Assembly (NCBI RefSeq): GCF_004010195.1 | Contig: NC_057760.1 | Location: forward strand, 2,092,386-2,144,913 | Length of the DNA stretch: 52,528 nt | Direction: 5' to 3' | Source of the DNA: Chiloscyllium plagiosum | Taxonomy: Eukaryota | Part shown: positions 35,800-48,950 of the stretch, piece by piece | How the letters are laid out: each line of letters starts with the position of its first letter | Position numbering within the stretch: position 1 is the first letter of the stretch | Program-made: the position numbers and the translations under genes | The notes under the pieces: model-generated | The model's database searches: none | What the model was told of the DNA's origin: nothing | Seen by the model: the letters and a program-made list of their open reading frames with translations, nothing else

Positions 35800-38700
35800 T
35801 CTTGTGTGATTAAGCAAAATCAAATTTAAATTCAAGGGAAGAGATGAATAGCATACGATGCACAAAGATGGGAGGCTGATCAGAAAATTGGAGAGATTAT
35901 ATAAAGATTAATCAATAGACTAATACAGAGGGACAAATCGGCATTAAAGAAAGCTAGCTAGAACGATTGAAAAAACAGGAAACGTTGCTGTAGAAACTTA
36001 ACAAACAGAAGTTAGAGTGACTATACAGGTCATATACAGAGTGTCTGGGGAATTAATAATGGAAAATAAGGAGATGGTAGATGAATTAAGTTATTTTACA
36101 TTTGTATTCTTACAATGAAGACCAGTAACATCCGAGAAATAACTATAAATGAGGGAATGGAAGGGAGGAAGGAGCAGAAATAATTACAGTCACCAAGGAA
36201 GTTAAACTGAGCAAGTTGTTGGAGCTGCACACTAACGAGTCCTGATGAACATCATCCTAGAAAAAAAAGTGGTTTGAGAAATAGTTGATGTACTGGTTCT
36301 AGCCTTTCAAAATTCCCTAGATTCGGGAAAGGTTCTGTTAAATTAGAAAAGGTAAATTCAATTCCTTTACTCAGAAAGAGAGAGAGGCAAAAAGCAGGAA
36401 ACTACAAGCCAGTTCGCTCAACATATCTCCTCAGGAAAATGTTAGAAGTAATTTTAAAAGTTGTAGCAGGAACAGGGAAAAAAAGTAATCAGCGAGTGTC
36501 AACATGATTTTGTGAAGGGGATGTTGTACATAACCAAGAGTATTTTGACAAAAAAACTTGCGGTGTGGATGAAGGGGAAACAGGCAGATGTACTGTACTG
36601 AGGTTTCCAAACTACTTCTGATAAAGGTCATTGAGGAAATCAAAAAAAAACTCATGGTATAGGGTTAACATATTGGCATGGAAAGATGATTAGCTGAGCT
36701 AACAGGAAATGGACAACAAGCATTAATGGTTCATGTTCTGGTTGACAAGATGTAACAGGTGATTAGTTCTAGGGGCTCAACATATTATCATTTATACAAA
36801 TGACTTGGGGTGAAGGGATAGATAGTATGACACAAAGGCAGACAGGAAAGCAAGTTGAGAAAACAACATGAGAAGGCTAGGAGGAGTATAGATATGTTAA
36901 GGAGTGAGGGACAGGATTAACATGTATTTCGACTGATTAGGGAGAGTCATATAAGCTTTGTGCACGGGAAATCGAACCTCATTCATTTGAGTTTTTTAAA
37001 GGGACAAAGAAGATCGATGAAGGCAGAGCAGTGGACATTGTTCCACATGGTAGACTAGCTAGCAAGGTTAGATCCCATGGAATCCAAGGAATGCTAGCCA
37101 TTTGGATATAAAATTGGTGAAAAGCTAGGAGACAGGGGGTGATGAAAGGTTTCTTTTGGACTGGAGGCTGTGTGCTGGGTCATTTATATAAATGATTTGG
37201 GTGTAAATATATGAGGTATAGTCAGTAAATTTGTAGATGACACCAAATTTGGTGGACTAGTGAACAGTGAAGAAGATTACCTTAGTGTTCAACGGCATCT
37301 TGATCAGATGTACCAGTGAGCTAAGGAGTGGCAGGTGGAATTTAATTTAGATAAATGTGAGGTGAGTGTTTTGGTAAAGCAAATCTGGGCAGGACTTGTA
37401 CACTTAATGGTAGGGTCCTAGGAATTGTTGCCATTTAAAGAGACCATGGGGTGCAGGTCCATAGTTCCTTGAAGGTGGAGTCACAGGTAGACAAGGTAAT
37501 GAAAAAGACATTTGGTACAGTTACTTTTATTGGTCAGTGCATTAACTATAGCAGTTGGGAGGTCGTGTGGTGGCTGTAGGGGACATTGGTTATGTCATTT
37601 CTGGAATATTATGTTCAATTCTGGTCTCCCTGCTATAGGAAAGATGTTGTTAAACTTGAAATAGTGCAGAAAAGATTTACAAGAATGTTGCCGTGGATTG
37701 AGCTATAGGGAGAGGCTGATTTGCTGGGGCTATTTTCCCTGGAGTGTCAAAGGCTGAAGGGTGACTTTTTTGAGACTTATAAATTGAGAGGAGCATGGAT
37801 AGGGTAAATAGCCAAGATCTCTTTCCCAGGATAGGGGCGTCCAAAACTAGAGGGCATAGGTTTAAGGCGAGGGGTAAGGATTTAAAAGGTATCTAAGGGA
37901 TTTTCCACACAGAGGGTCGTGGGTGACAGAAGATGGTTGAAGTTAGTACAATTAAAACATTTAAAAGGCATCTGGATGGGTACATGAATAGGAAGGGTTT
38001 GGAGGAATATGGGCCAAATAATGGCAAATGGGACTAAATTAGATTAGATTAGATTCCCTACAGTGTGGAAACAGGCCCTTCGGCCCAACAAGTCCATACC
38101 GACCCTCCGAAGAGTAACCCACCCAGATTCATCTCCCTCTGACTAATGAACCTAACTCTATGGGCAATTCAGCATGGCCAATCCACCCTGACCTGCACAT
38201 CTTTGTGACTGTGGGAGGAAACCAGAGCACCCGGAGGGAACTCACACAGACACTGAGAATGTGCAAACTCCACACAGTCGCCTGAGGCTGGAATCAAACC
38301 TGGGAACCTGGTGCCATGAGGCAGCAGTGCTAACCACTGAGCCACCATGCCACCCGATTAATTTAGGATAACTGGTCGGCATGGACGAGTTGGACCGAAC
38401 AGCCTGTTTCCGTGCTATACAACTGAGTCTAAATGGAATATAATGTGGGCAAATGTGAATTGGCAGGAAGAATTAAAAAGCAACATGTTATCTAAATAGT
38501 GAGAGATTCCACAGCTCTGAGAAACGAAGGGATCATAGTATGCAAGATTAGTATGCAGGTACAACAAACAATTTGGAAAGCTAATAGAACATTATTAATT
38601 ATCGCGAAGGGATTTGAACACCCAAAGTAGGTGGCTATCCCTGAGATAAACAGGGCATTGGCAAGGCCACATCTGGAGTACTGTGTGGGGTTTGGTCTCG

Positions 38701-39160
38701 TTATTTAAGGAAGGATGTCAATGCATTGGAAGCAATGGTTTACAATATCAATACCTAGAGTAGGAATGTTGCCTTATGATGAAAGAGTACACAGGCTAGA
38801 CACGCAGCTTCTGGACTTTAGAACAGTCGGATTGATACATACAGGGTCCTCAGGGGTCTTTAGCGGGTGGATGCAGAAAGCGTTTCCTCTTGTGGGAGGT
38901 TGTTGTAGGGTTTATTATTTAAAATTAAGTGTTATCCTTTAAGACAAATTAGTTCCACCACCACCCCCCCCTCCCCCAACACAGGTCAAGTTTTTTGCAA
39001 CTACTTAGAAGTGGCTGAGGCAGAGTTTAAGGCAGAGGTAAATATATTTTTGACAAAAGTGCAAAACCAAAGGGGTGAAAGGTTATCTGAGATAGACAGG
39101 AATATCGACTCATCAGATCAGCAATGATCTTGCTGAATGGCAGAGCAGTGGATGACTCCT
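35800..39160 (+). mobile_element. Old CR1 (35800-36905 and 38430-39160) containing a second CR1 (36905-38425)
   Basis: The RT region restarts at ggacaggattaacatg after the host has already passed it. The host resumes at aaatggaatataatgtggg. Confidence 0.8.
38040..38355 (-). mobile_element. HE1 SINE nested in a CR1 3' UTR
   Basis: (agatt)n tail and full body, interrupting gggacta...attaatttaggata. Confidence 0.92.
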
Positions 39161-40864
39161 AATGCCAACATCGAATCCCAACATCTGATCGGCCAGCTCC
39201 TTTCCCACACAGGATCTGACAAAAACATTAACGAGGAGGAGTAGAAAGGAGAGCCCCACACCCTCAAAATTGGCATTGAGACTGTCAGCAGATTGAAGGA
39301 ATTGCCTCCTTTTCTGAGTTAATCTTCTGTGTAAGCTGTGGTGTCAACGGAGAAACAGAACTGCTGTGATACACTGGCTGTAATAGCAATCCCAAATCAA
39401 TACCTAAAATACATTCAAATAATATCAACTCTTTAATCTATACTCATCACCACCACTACTTCTCCAATTCAATATTTTGCTCTAACTTTATATTTTTTAA
39501 AATCCAGTTTCTTATTGATCCAAATCCAGATTTATTCATTGTTTATTATTTGTTACCTATTCACAATTTTACAAAAACTAAAAAAACAGAAAATGATAGA
39601 TGTTGGTTTGCCAATCAGAAGCCGAGGTTCCGAAGAGCAATGCGGTTGCCTCAAAGATGCAGAAATGTCAATGTTTACAAGAAGAGAAACACTTCTGAAC
39701 TCCCTACAGCTGATTTTAATAAATATATTGGCTTGCAGCCAAGAGCATCCCAGAGCAAAGAGGTTGACTGCTCCACAACAAAGTGGTGAAAACAAATGAC
39801 CACGTGCATTCCTCAAGATAAAAAAGCTTCCAATTTGAGCTGGAAGATGTATTTAACTGCAAGTAACTATAACTACGACTAAATATATTCACTCTTGAAC
39901 TCTCCCACTACTATCACCATTACCAAAGCAATCGTCAGACAAAAAAAACGACCCTTCAGTTTCTATTTACAGACAACTGAAATTTAACATTTTATGGTAA
40001 GACAGCAACGCTTAGCAACAATAATTCTATTCACAGCTTACGCAGCTACATGGCAAACAAATTCAAAATTTCAATTACATCAAGAACAGGAAGCCTTTAA
40101 ATGATCATTCTCACTTTTCCAATGTCCAAGTCAATTTGACCATAAGTGAGACAAGATTCAATCTCCAGGCTTCACAAATTTCTTGACATCACCTGGAACC
40201 ATGACAATCAGCATTAATGGGTGGGAGGTGGGAGGAGGTAGCAGTAGTAGGAGTCAATGGGTAGTGTTTGGGGCAGGGTGGGGCAGTGAATGAGGGAGGC
40301 ATAATGCTGTCAAATTCTGCTCCAGTGTTTTCAAGACAGCCTGCCCAGGATATTCCCCATCAGTGACAGCTTGGAGCAGACTAGCAGGCAAGAAAGGGAG
40401 GATAAATTTCCCTCTGGGCCTGCCAGAAAGAAATTGGAAAATTCAAACCACTTTTACAAGTGAAATCGGACTTTAAGTGGGCAACACTTGATAAGCACCT
40501 CCCCTCTTTAATTTCCTGGCTGCAAAAGTTTTAGTACAACCCACCAAAAATATGATCTGTTCACATCTGAACACCGCAGAGAAACAAAAGGTTTTAGAAG
40601 AAAATGGTATGGAAAACAAGTTATTGCTGTTTCTGTGTGCAAATAGTTAATGCAGAACACCAATATCAGGTATTACACAATTCATTTATTATTAAATAGA
40701 AATTGGCCTGTTATTTAACAGTCTCAGAACACTCCCTCACCTCCCAGCTGCCGCAAACTTTCAGGATTTTGTTTTCACTAACTGAAGAAGCACAGTGACA
40801 ATAAAAATGTACATAACTGCTGTGCAACACATTGACAATCGTCAAAACTGTCCCAACTCTATGG

Positions 40865-41118
40865 CAGGGCTTCTCAAAGTGAGGGTCCAGCACCCCAAGT
40901 GAGGCAGGGTCTCCAGCTTCGAGGCAGCAACAGCTGTCCTGGAGCTCTGATTGAGTTACAAGTACATTGATTGAGTTACAGGTACCTGCTCCATCCCACA
41001 GGTCTCCACCCGCACCAACTGGTCTCTCCCACTGTCTACTTTCACATGTCTAACACTCGCACCCACTCCCCAACTCTCAGAGGGGTCGTGACAATGTTCA
41101 GAAGTTTGGGAATCACTG
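40865..41118. mobile_element. hAT (Charlie-like) MITE
   Basis: Termini cagggcttctcaaagtg...aagtttgggaatcactg are imperfect TIRs of CAG-G/T-G type. The 8-bp TSD is not preserved. Internal 20-bp duplication at about 40948-40986. Confidence 0.55.
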
Positions 41119-42029
41119 TGTGGTACCTTCACTTAGGTTAGAGCAACGCTGTATTGGACTGTGCAATCACAGCCTCTCAGTTAACTCACCTTCCCAAGAA
41201 TTGTGGCTGAGATGGTACAAATAGCCTTGATGCAGTAAATGAAACAAAAATATAACAGCTATCCAGTGACACCTGCTGGAAACTTGACGTGCATTCAGCA
41301 CAAGATCAGACTGCTTGAAAAACCTACACAATTAAAACAGGAAAGTGGCCACATGGATAGTCAAAGATTATGCAATACCCTGGGAGTTCTGGCTTCAGAC
41401 AGTTAGGAAAGAACAAAGAATTCCAACTAAACAACAGATTAAGACAGAATAAGCATCACTGGCTTTAACTATTGTCTATTCTGCAATAGCAACTCCTCTA
41501 TCTGCAAAATGTTCTAATGAGTCACATGTGGGGATTCCTCACTTTGCAACATGGATAGGATACAATGTACTCGGTTACCATGGAGAGCATTGCAGTCAAT
41601 ACAAATCCCAGTTTGACCAGCTTAGTTTTCAACATCAATGCAGAGCCCCAATTTCCCCATTAAAACCTTGCTCAAGAATGACAGCCAGTTGTGACAACTT
41701 CATAAGGTCAGCAATCTCCCATACTGCATGGCTCAAATCTTTGACACTTTTCATCTACAATAGACTGTGTAACATCATACCATTCAGTTATCCAATCCTC
41801 TCTCAAAAGAAAAGGCAGAGCCTGCAGTGAAAATGTTCCAATGTTGTCACTAATGACATCTGTCTGAGCTTTCACCTCCAGTTTTCAGATTTATGATGCC
41901 CTGTGAAAGTCGGTCAAGTTGAAGAACCTGACTCCTTTCTTTTGACAAACTGTCTGGTATATTATTTTAAGCTGAAAATGAACACCTCTAGTGGGCCCAG
42001 TTGGCAAAGTAGCAATTGAGTGACTTGAA

Positions 42030-44607
42030 GTTATTTGGGTTGAACTGAGAAATAAGAAAGGGATGATCGCCTTATTGGGATTGTATTATAGTCAGAGGGA
42101 AATTGAGAAACAGATTTGTAAGGAAATCTCAGTTATCTGTAAGAATAATAGGGTGGTTAGGGTGGGGGATTTTAACTTTCCAAACATAGACTGGGACTGC
42201 CATAGTGTTAATGGTTTAGATGGAGAGGAATTTGTTAAGAATGGACAAGACAATTTTCTGATTCAGTATGTGGATGTACCTACTCTTGGGAAATAAGGCA
42301 GCGCAGGTGACTGAGGTGAGAGTGGGGGAGTATTTTGGGGCCAGCGACCATAATTCTATTAGTTTTAAAATAGTGACGAAACAGGTTAGAACAGATCTAA
42401 ACGATGACGTTCTAAATTGGAGAAAGGCTAATTTTGATGATATTAGGCAAGAACTTCCAAAAGCTGATTGGGGGTAGATGTTCACAGGTTAGGATTATAC
42501 TTAAGAGGGAAATCAGGAGGGCAAAAAGGAGACATGAGATAGATTTGGCAGATAGAGTTAAGGAGAATCAAAAGGGTTTTTACAAATACATTAAGGATAA
42601 AAGGATAACGAGGGAGAGAATAGTGTCCCTCAAAGATCAGCAAGGTGGCCTTTGTGTGGAACCACAGGAGATGGGGGAGATACTAAACGAGTATTTTATA
42701 ATAGACAATAGGTGCAGGAGTAGGCCATTCTGCCCTTCGAGCCTGCACCACCATTCATTATGATCATGGCTGATCATCCTGAATCAGTATCCTGTTCCTG
42801 CCTTATCTCCATTACCCTTGATTCCACTATCCTTGCAAGCTCTATCCAACTCTTTTTTAAACAAATCCAGAGACTGGGCCTCCACTGCCCTCTGGGGCAG
42901 AGCATTCCACACAGCCACCACTCTCTGGGTGAAGAAGTTTCTCCTCATCTCTGTCCTAAATGGTCTATCCCGTATTTTTAAGCTGTGTCCTCTGGTTCGG
43001 CACTCAGTGTTTACTGTGGAAAAGGACATGGAAGATATAGAATATTGGGAAATAGATGGTGACATCTTGAAAACTGTCCATATTACAGAGGAGGAAGTGT
43101 TGGATGTTGTGAAATGCATAAGAGTGGATAAATCCCCAGGATCTAATCAGGTGTATCCAAGAACTCTGTGGGAAGTTAGAGAAGTGATTGCTGGGCCTCT
43201 TGCTGAGATATTTGCATCATCGATGGTCACAGGCGAGGTGCCAGAAGACTGGGGGGTTGGCTAACGTGGTGCCACTGTTTAAAAAATGTGGTAAGGACAA
43301 GCCAGGGAACTAGAGACCAGTGAGCCTGATGTCAGTGGTGGGCAAGTTGTTGGAAAAATGTACATATATTTGGAAAGGCAAGGACTGATTAGGGATAGTC
43401 AACACGGCTTTGTGCGTGGGAAATCCTGTCTCACAAACTTGATTTGAGTTTTTTGAAGAAATAACAAAGAGGATTGATGAGGTCAGAGCAGTGATGAGGG
43501 TGATGTATATGGATTTCAGCAAGGCATTCGACAAGGTTCCCCATAGGAGACCGATTAGCAAGGTTAAATCTCACGAAATACAGGAAGAACTAGCCATTTG
43601 GATACAGAACTGGCTCAAAGGTAGAAGACAGGGTGGTGGTGGAGGGTTGTTTTTCGGACTGGAGGCCTGTGACCAGTGGAGTGCCCCAATGATTGTTGCT
43701 GGGTCCACTACTTTTCATCATTTATATAAATGATTTGGATGTGAACATAAGAGGTATAGTTAGTAAGTTTGCAAATTACACCAAAATTGGAGGTGTAGTG
43801 GACAGCGAAGATGGTTATCTCAGATTACAACAGGATCTAAACCAGATTGGCCAATGGGCTGAGGAGTGGCAGATGGAGTTTAATTTAGATAAATGCGAGG
43901 TGCTGCATTTTGGGAAAGCAAATCTTAGCAGGACTTATACAATGAATGGTAAGATCCTAGAGAGTGTTGCTGAACAAAGAGACCTTGGGAGTGCAGGTTC
44001 ATAGCTCCTTGAAAGTGGAGTTGCAGGTAGATAGGATAGTGAAGATATGCTTTCCTTTATTGGTCAGAGTATTGAGTACAGGAGTTGGGAGGTCATGTTG
44101 CGGCTGTACAGGACATTGGTTAGGCCACTGTTGGAGTATTGCGTGCGATTCTGGTCTCCTTCCTATTGGAAGCATGTTGCAAAACTTGAAAAGGTTCAGA
44201 AAAGATTTACAAGGATTCTGCCAGGGAGAGGTTGAATAGACTAGGGCTGTTTTCCCTGGAGTGTCGGAGGCTGAGGGGTGACCTTACAGAGGTTTATAAA
44301 ATCATGGGAGAGTCTAGAACTAGATGGCATAGGTTTAGGGTGACAGGGAAAGGATATAAGAGACCTAAGGGGCAACTTTTTCACGCATAGGGTGGTGCAT
44401 GTATGGAATGAGCTTCCAGAGGATGTGGTGGAGGCTGGTACAATTGCAGCATTTAAAAGGCATCTGGATGGGGACATGAATAGGAAGGGTTTGGAGGGGT
44501 ATGGGCCGGGTGCTGGCAGGTGGGACTAGATTGGGTTGGGATATCTGGTCAGCATGAACGGGTTGGACCGAAGAGTCTGTTTCCGTGCTGTATGTCTCTA
44601 TGACTCT
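42030..44607 (+). mobile_element. CR1/HER1 LINE, long ORF2 remnant with an internal deletion near 42490
   Basis: VGDFNFPNIDW (APE endonuclease), MDFSKAFDKVPH, LLGPLLFIIYINDL, YRTLVRPLLEYC, and tail ctctatgactct. Confidence 0.95.
42698..43003 (-). mobile_element. CR1 3' fragment of a different subfamily, inserted antisense into the host CR1
   Basis: Minus-strand peptide RTRGHSLKIRDRPFRTEMRRNFFTQRVVAVWNALP. It interrupts gagtatttt...tcagtgtttact of the host. Confidence 0.9.
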
Positions 44608-45599
44608 TAACTGAGCAAGCCCCAGTTTAATTCTCAGCCAGCAGTTAGCGAATCTCAGCTAAGCAGCTTTTTTATGGGATGGGGAAACGGGTACTAAAAC
44701 TAGCCTGGTAACAAAATGGGTGTTAAGGCCATAAGAAATAGGAAAACAAATAGGCTGTTCAGTCCCTCAAGCCTGCTCCAACATTCAAAACGATTATGCT
44801 GGATTCAAAACACTGATGTCCATTTACCTGTGTTTTCCCCATAATCCTCAATTCCCCTACTATCAAGAATCTATCCAGCCTCAAATATGTACACTATCTC
44901 TGCACCTGCAGCAAGAGACTCCAAAGACACTCAACACTCAGTCAGAAGAAATTCCTCCTCATCTCAGTCTTGATTGTTGTGTGTGATAAACGTCTTGAAA
45001 CTATGAGAAAACTACCACACAATTATAAAGTCAGAGTTAATGTTTTGAGTTGAGTGGCTGTTCTGAGAAAGGGTCACTCGACCTGAAACGTTAACTCTTA
45101 TCTCTCTCCACAGATGCTGCCAGACCTGCTGAGCTTTTCCAGCAATTTCTGTTCTTGTTTCTGATTTACAACACCCACAGTTCTTTCGGCTTTTATAAAG
45201 TCCCCATAGGAATGGAAGTAAGCCTTTCACATTTTCCAACTCAGCTTCTTTCTTCAAATCCAGAGCAAGAGGCCATTCCTCAACCTAGCCAGCAGTTCAG
45301 GAATTCTCAAAAACTATCCTGAAGCTCTTCTCCCACACAATCCCCATATTTCTTCAGGTCACTAGCGAAATCCATCAATCTCTACTTTAATCATACACAA
45401 AGGACCAGTCAACTGTTGTCTGGTTTTATGGAAAAACAGAATTCTGCTGCACCTATGCATCTAGAAACAGTGATGAAACTGCACACAATGTAGGTCAACT
45501 TGTTAATTTCTAGATTGTTGTGGGGGTTCTCAGGGGATAAATATGTTGGGCTGACAAATAAATCATGGAATAATAGAGCAAAACAACGCTCTCTGGAGA

Positions 45600-46812
45600 A
45601 CAGTATAAAAGGTTTCTCTATTCTCAGTAGCCTCCCCAGTTTTAGACTCTACCACCACACCCACCCCTCTCTTGTACCCCCAATGCCAAGGGAAACTTTC
45701 CTCTGCATCTACCCTCTCCATCCCTTCAAGTACTTTGTACATTTCAATGAGATCATCGCTCAGTCTTGAAAACTTTTAAAAATACAGACGCAGTTTGCCC
45801 AATCTCTCTTCATGGGACAGTCTCAACCAGCCAGCCTGTACAGCCCTCTGTGGTGAAGAATCCCACAAATTCATAAGCTTTATCTGTTTTAAAGGGGTGA
45901 CTCCTTACTCAGATTATGCCCTCCAGTCCTAGACTCTTGACTTTCCCCCACAGAGAAATAACCTTGCCAGCTCTACAATGTCAACACCCCCACTCCTAAG
46001 ACGTTTCAACAACACTGACTCACTTTTCGAAGTTCTAATGAGTACAGGTCCAACCTACCCAATCTCTCCTCACAAGAAAATCCCTCCATAACCAAAATCA
46101 ACTTGGTGAACCGGGATTAGCCTGCTTCCATTGATAATTAGGCCAAAACTGTTCACAGTATTCCACCTGTGTTCTGACTAGTGCCTGATATAGTTTTAGC
46201 AAGACTTCGCTATTTTTATACTCAATTTCCTTTGAATGAAAGGCCAACAGTTCATTTGGCTTCCCCATCACCTTTTTGTAATCCATGCATGCTCCCAAAT
46301 CCCTCTGTAATGCAGATTTCTGGAAGCTTTCCCCATTTAAATAATATTCAGCTCTTCTAATCCTGTCACAGTGTATAACCTCTCATTTTCCATATTTACT
46401 TCTATCTGCTAGGTTTTTGCCCATTCGCATCATCTCTGTATCCCTCTGGAGAGTCCATGTCATCCTCATTACTTACCTTCCCACCTACTCTTGTCATCTG
46501 CAAACTTGGCGGTAGAATATTCACTTCTATTGTCCAAGGCATTAACATAAACTAAATATTTGTGGTTCTAGCAGAGATTCTGGTGGCATTCCACTAGTTA
46601 TAGGAATCCATTCTGAAGATGATCCCTTTGATCCCCCTCTCTGGCTCCTATCGCTTAGGGCCTACACCTTCTATCCACACTCATGTACCACCGCAGGTTC
46701 TCACGTTATGCAGTTTTACGTGCAGTACCTTATCAAATGCCTTTTAGAAATCAAAATATGTGACCTCTACCAGCTCCCCTTTATCTATCCTGCTTGTTAT
46801 TTCCTCAAAGAA
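45600..46812 (-). mobile_element. Old CR1 fragments (RT to C-terminus)
   Basis: Minus-strand peptide EYKNSEVLLKLYQALVRTQVEYC. Plus-strand tcatctgcaaactt reads KFADD on the minus strand. Confidence 0.8.
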
Positions 46813-47425
46813 CTTAAAATATCTCAAAGCAGCTAAGAATGCACCCAATCCCCTAAACAACAATGTCACCATAATGAAACAGTTAAGAGGAAAAAAAAGA
46901 GAGATTACTGAATACTGTTCCACCCAATATTTTCAATTTGCACACCCCCTTAAAAAGCAGAAAACGCACAGGGAGCAAAGGGCAGAATGTCAAGCCCAAT
47001 CCTACGAACAAACATCACCAATTTGCGCTGAATACAAGCTCACAGTGTCTTTTTAAAACAAAAATAGTATAATAGTGTGCAAAGAAACTGCATGATAGGC
47101 TATTCCCAATTAAATAACTCTTCAGAGACCAAAAGGCATATCACTACATTGTCACAAATCAGATAGGCCAGTAAGAGTAGCTGAAATGAGGACATTAAAA
47201 TTGCTCAGAAGATGGGTTTATTTTAAAAAGAAGGCAGAGGCCTAATATTGAAAAGGATTCCAAATGAATTTTCAAAACTCAGCTGGATTTCTGATTCACA
47301 GAAGTTAGGGAAAAGTTGATTGAACCTTTACAAATACTCGTCAATATGCACGAACACACAAACTTCTGACACAGCAATGACATGGGGTCAGTTAGTTCAG
47401 TTAGCTGGATGGCTGGTTTGCAATA

Positions 47426-48025
47426 ACATCCAAGATGGTGGCAGAGAAGCAGCACAGCATGAGGGCTCCTGCCTGGACCTCATCTGCTCCGTCTGATTTT
47501 ACTTTTTCTTCCCCTTCCTTCACAGTTTTTGTGTTCCTCTTAATTTAATCAATTTTGTGGAGAGATCATGCCAGAGCGGTGCGGGACAGTGAGAGCGTGC
47601 AGCGGAGAGCGAGACAGCAGATCCAACGTGGGGGAGCTGAGCCCAGCGCAGAAGCAGAGGTCCCATGGCCATTGTGGCAGCAGCAAGAGCAGACTGCCTG
47701 ATGTCTCCAGGCATCTGCAGTGGCATGAAACACGGGAAGGTCAAGCCCAGCCCAGCACGGATAGATTGAACCCTTGAGGGGAGTGCAAGCCCAGTATGGC
47801 TAAGCACTTGATGACTGCAATGTTTAACTTTTAACTTTATTTCTCTACTTCATACTACTAGTACTTTAATAATGTTGAACTTTTAACTGTATTTCCTTAG
47901 TTTTCTACTTTGTACCTATGATTTTGTACCTTTTACCCAAGATGGTACCAGGAATGGCAACATTATATATTTTTCACGTACTCCTGTACTTGAGTACCCA
48001 TGACAATACATTCTAAATCTAATTC
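47426..48025 (+). mobile_element. Non-autonomous LINE-like element inserted in a SINE
   Basis: Starts caagatggtggc and ends gtacccatgacaatacattctaaatct, a Rex1/L2-like tail. It splits a tRNA-SINE between gtttgcaat and cagagtaatgc. Confidence 0.5.
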
Positions 48026-48467
48026 AGAGTAATGCAAACAAGTATGGGTTCAATTCCAGCTGAGGTTACCATGAAGGGCTCTCCTTCTCAACCTGTCCCC
48101 TTGCCTGGGGTGTGGTGACCCTCGAGTTAAACCACCAGACATCTCTCTATATCAAGAGAGCAGTCCTATGACCTGGTAGAACTGTGGTGACTTCTTAGAT
48201 AGCAGACCCAGACTGAGCTTCCGCCTAACCGTTACCTCGGGAGGAGAACAAGCTAAATTGAAATTCAAATTACAACAGAGGAGAAAAAAAAATTGCTGGA
48301 AAACCTCAGCAGGCCTGGCAACACCTGTGACAAGAAATCAGAGTTAATGTTTCAGGTCAAACGATCCTTCCTCGGTTTTATTCAGCAGAAAGGATGAGCT
48401 CATCGCAGAAAAACACAAAGACAGAAAATGCTGGGCAAACTCAGTACTTGTGGAGAGAAAACAGAGT

Positions 48468-48950
48468 TAAAAGGGTTCAGAAAAGATTTACAAGGATGTT
48501 GTCAGGGTTGGAGGGTTTGAGCTATGGGGAGAGGCTGAATAGACTGGGACTGTTTTCCCTGGAGTGTTGGAGGCTGAGGGGTGACCTTATAGCGGTTTAT
48601 GAAATCATGAGGGGCATGGATAGGATAAATAGACAAGGTCTTTTCCCTGGGGTGGGGGAGTGCAGAACTAGAGGGCATACGTTTAAGGTGAGAGGTGAAA
48701 GATTTGAAAGGGACCTAAGGGACAACTTTTTCACACAGAAAGTGAGGTGTGTATGCAATGAGCTGCCAGAGGAAGTGGTGGAGGCTAATACAATGAGATA
48801 CAATCCCCATTTAAAAGGCATTTGGATGGGGATATGAATAGAGGGATATGGGCCAAGTGCTGGCAAATGGAACTAAATTAATTTAGAATACCTGGTCAGC
48901 ATGGATGAGTTAGACCAAAGCGTCTGCTTCCGTGCTATTCATCTCTCTGA
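48468..48950 (+). mobile_element. CR1 3' fragment
   Basis: RVQKRFTRMLSGLEGLSYGERLNRLGLFSLE..RLRGDL. Confidence 0.92.

Noticed and set aside
42784..43264. 111-aa and 148-aa opposite-strand ORFs
   Set aside because: They are produced by one CR1 fragment inserted antisense into another.
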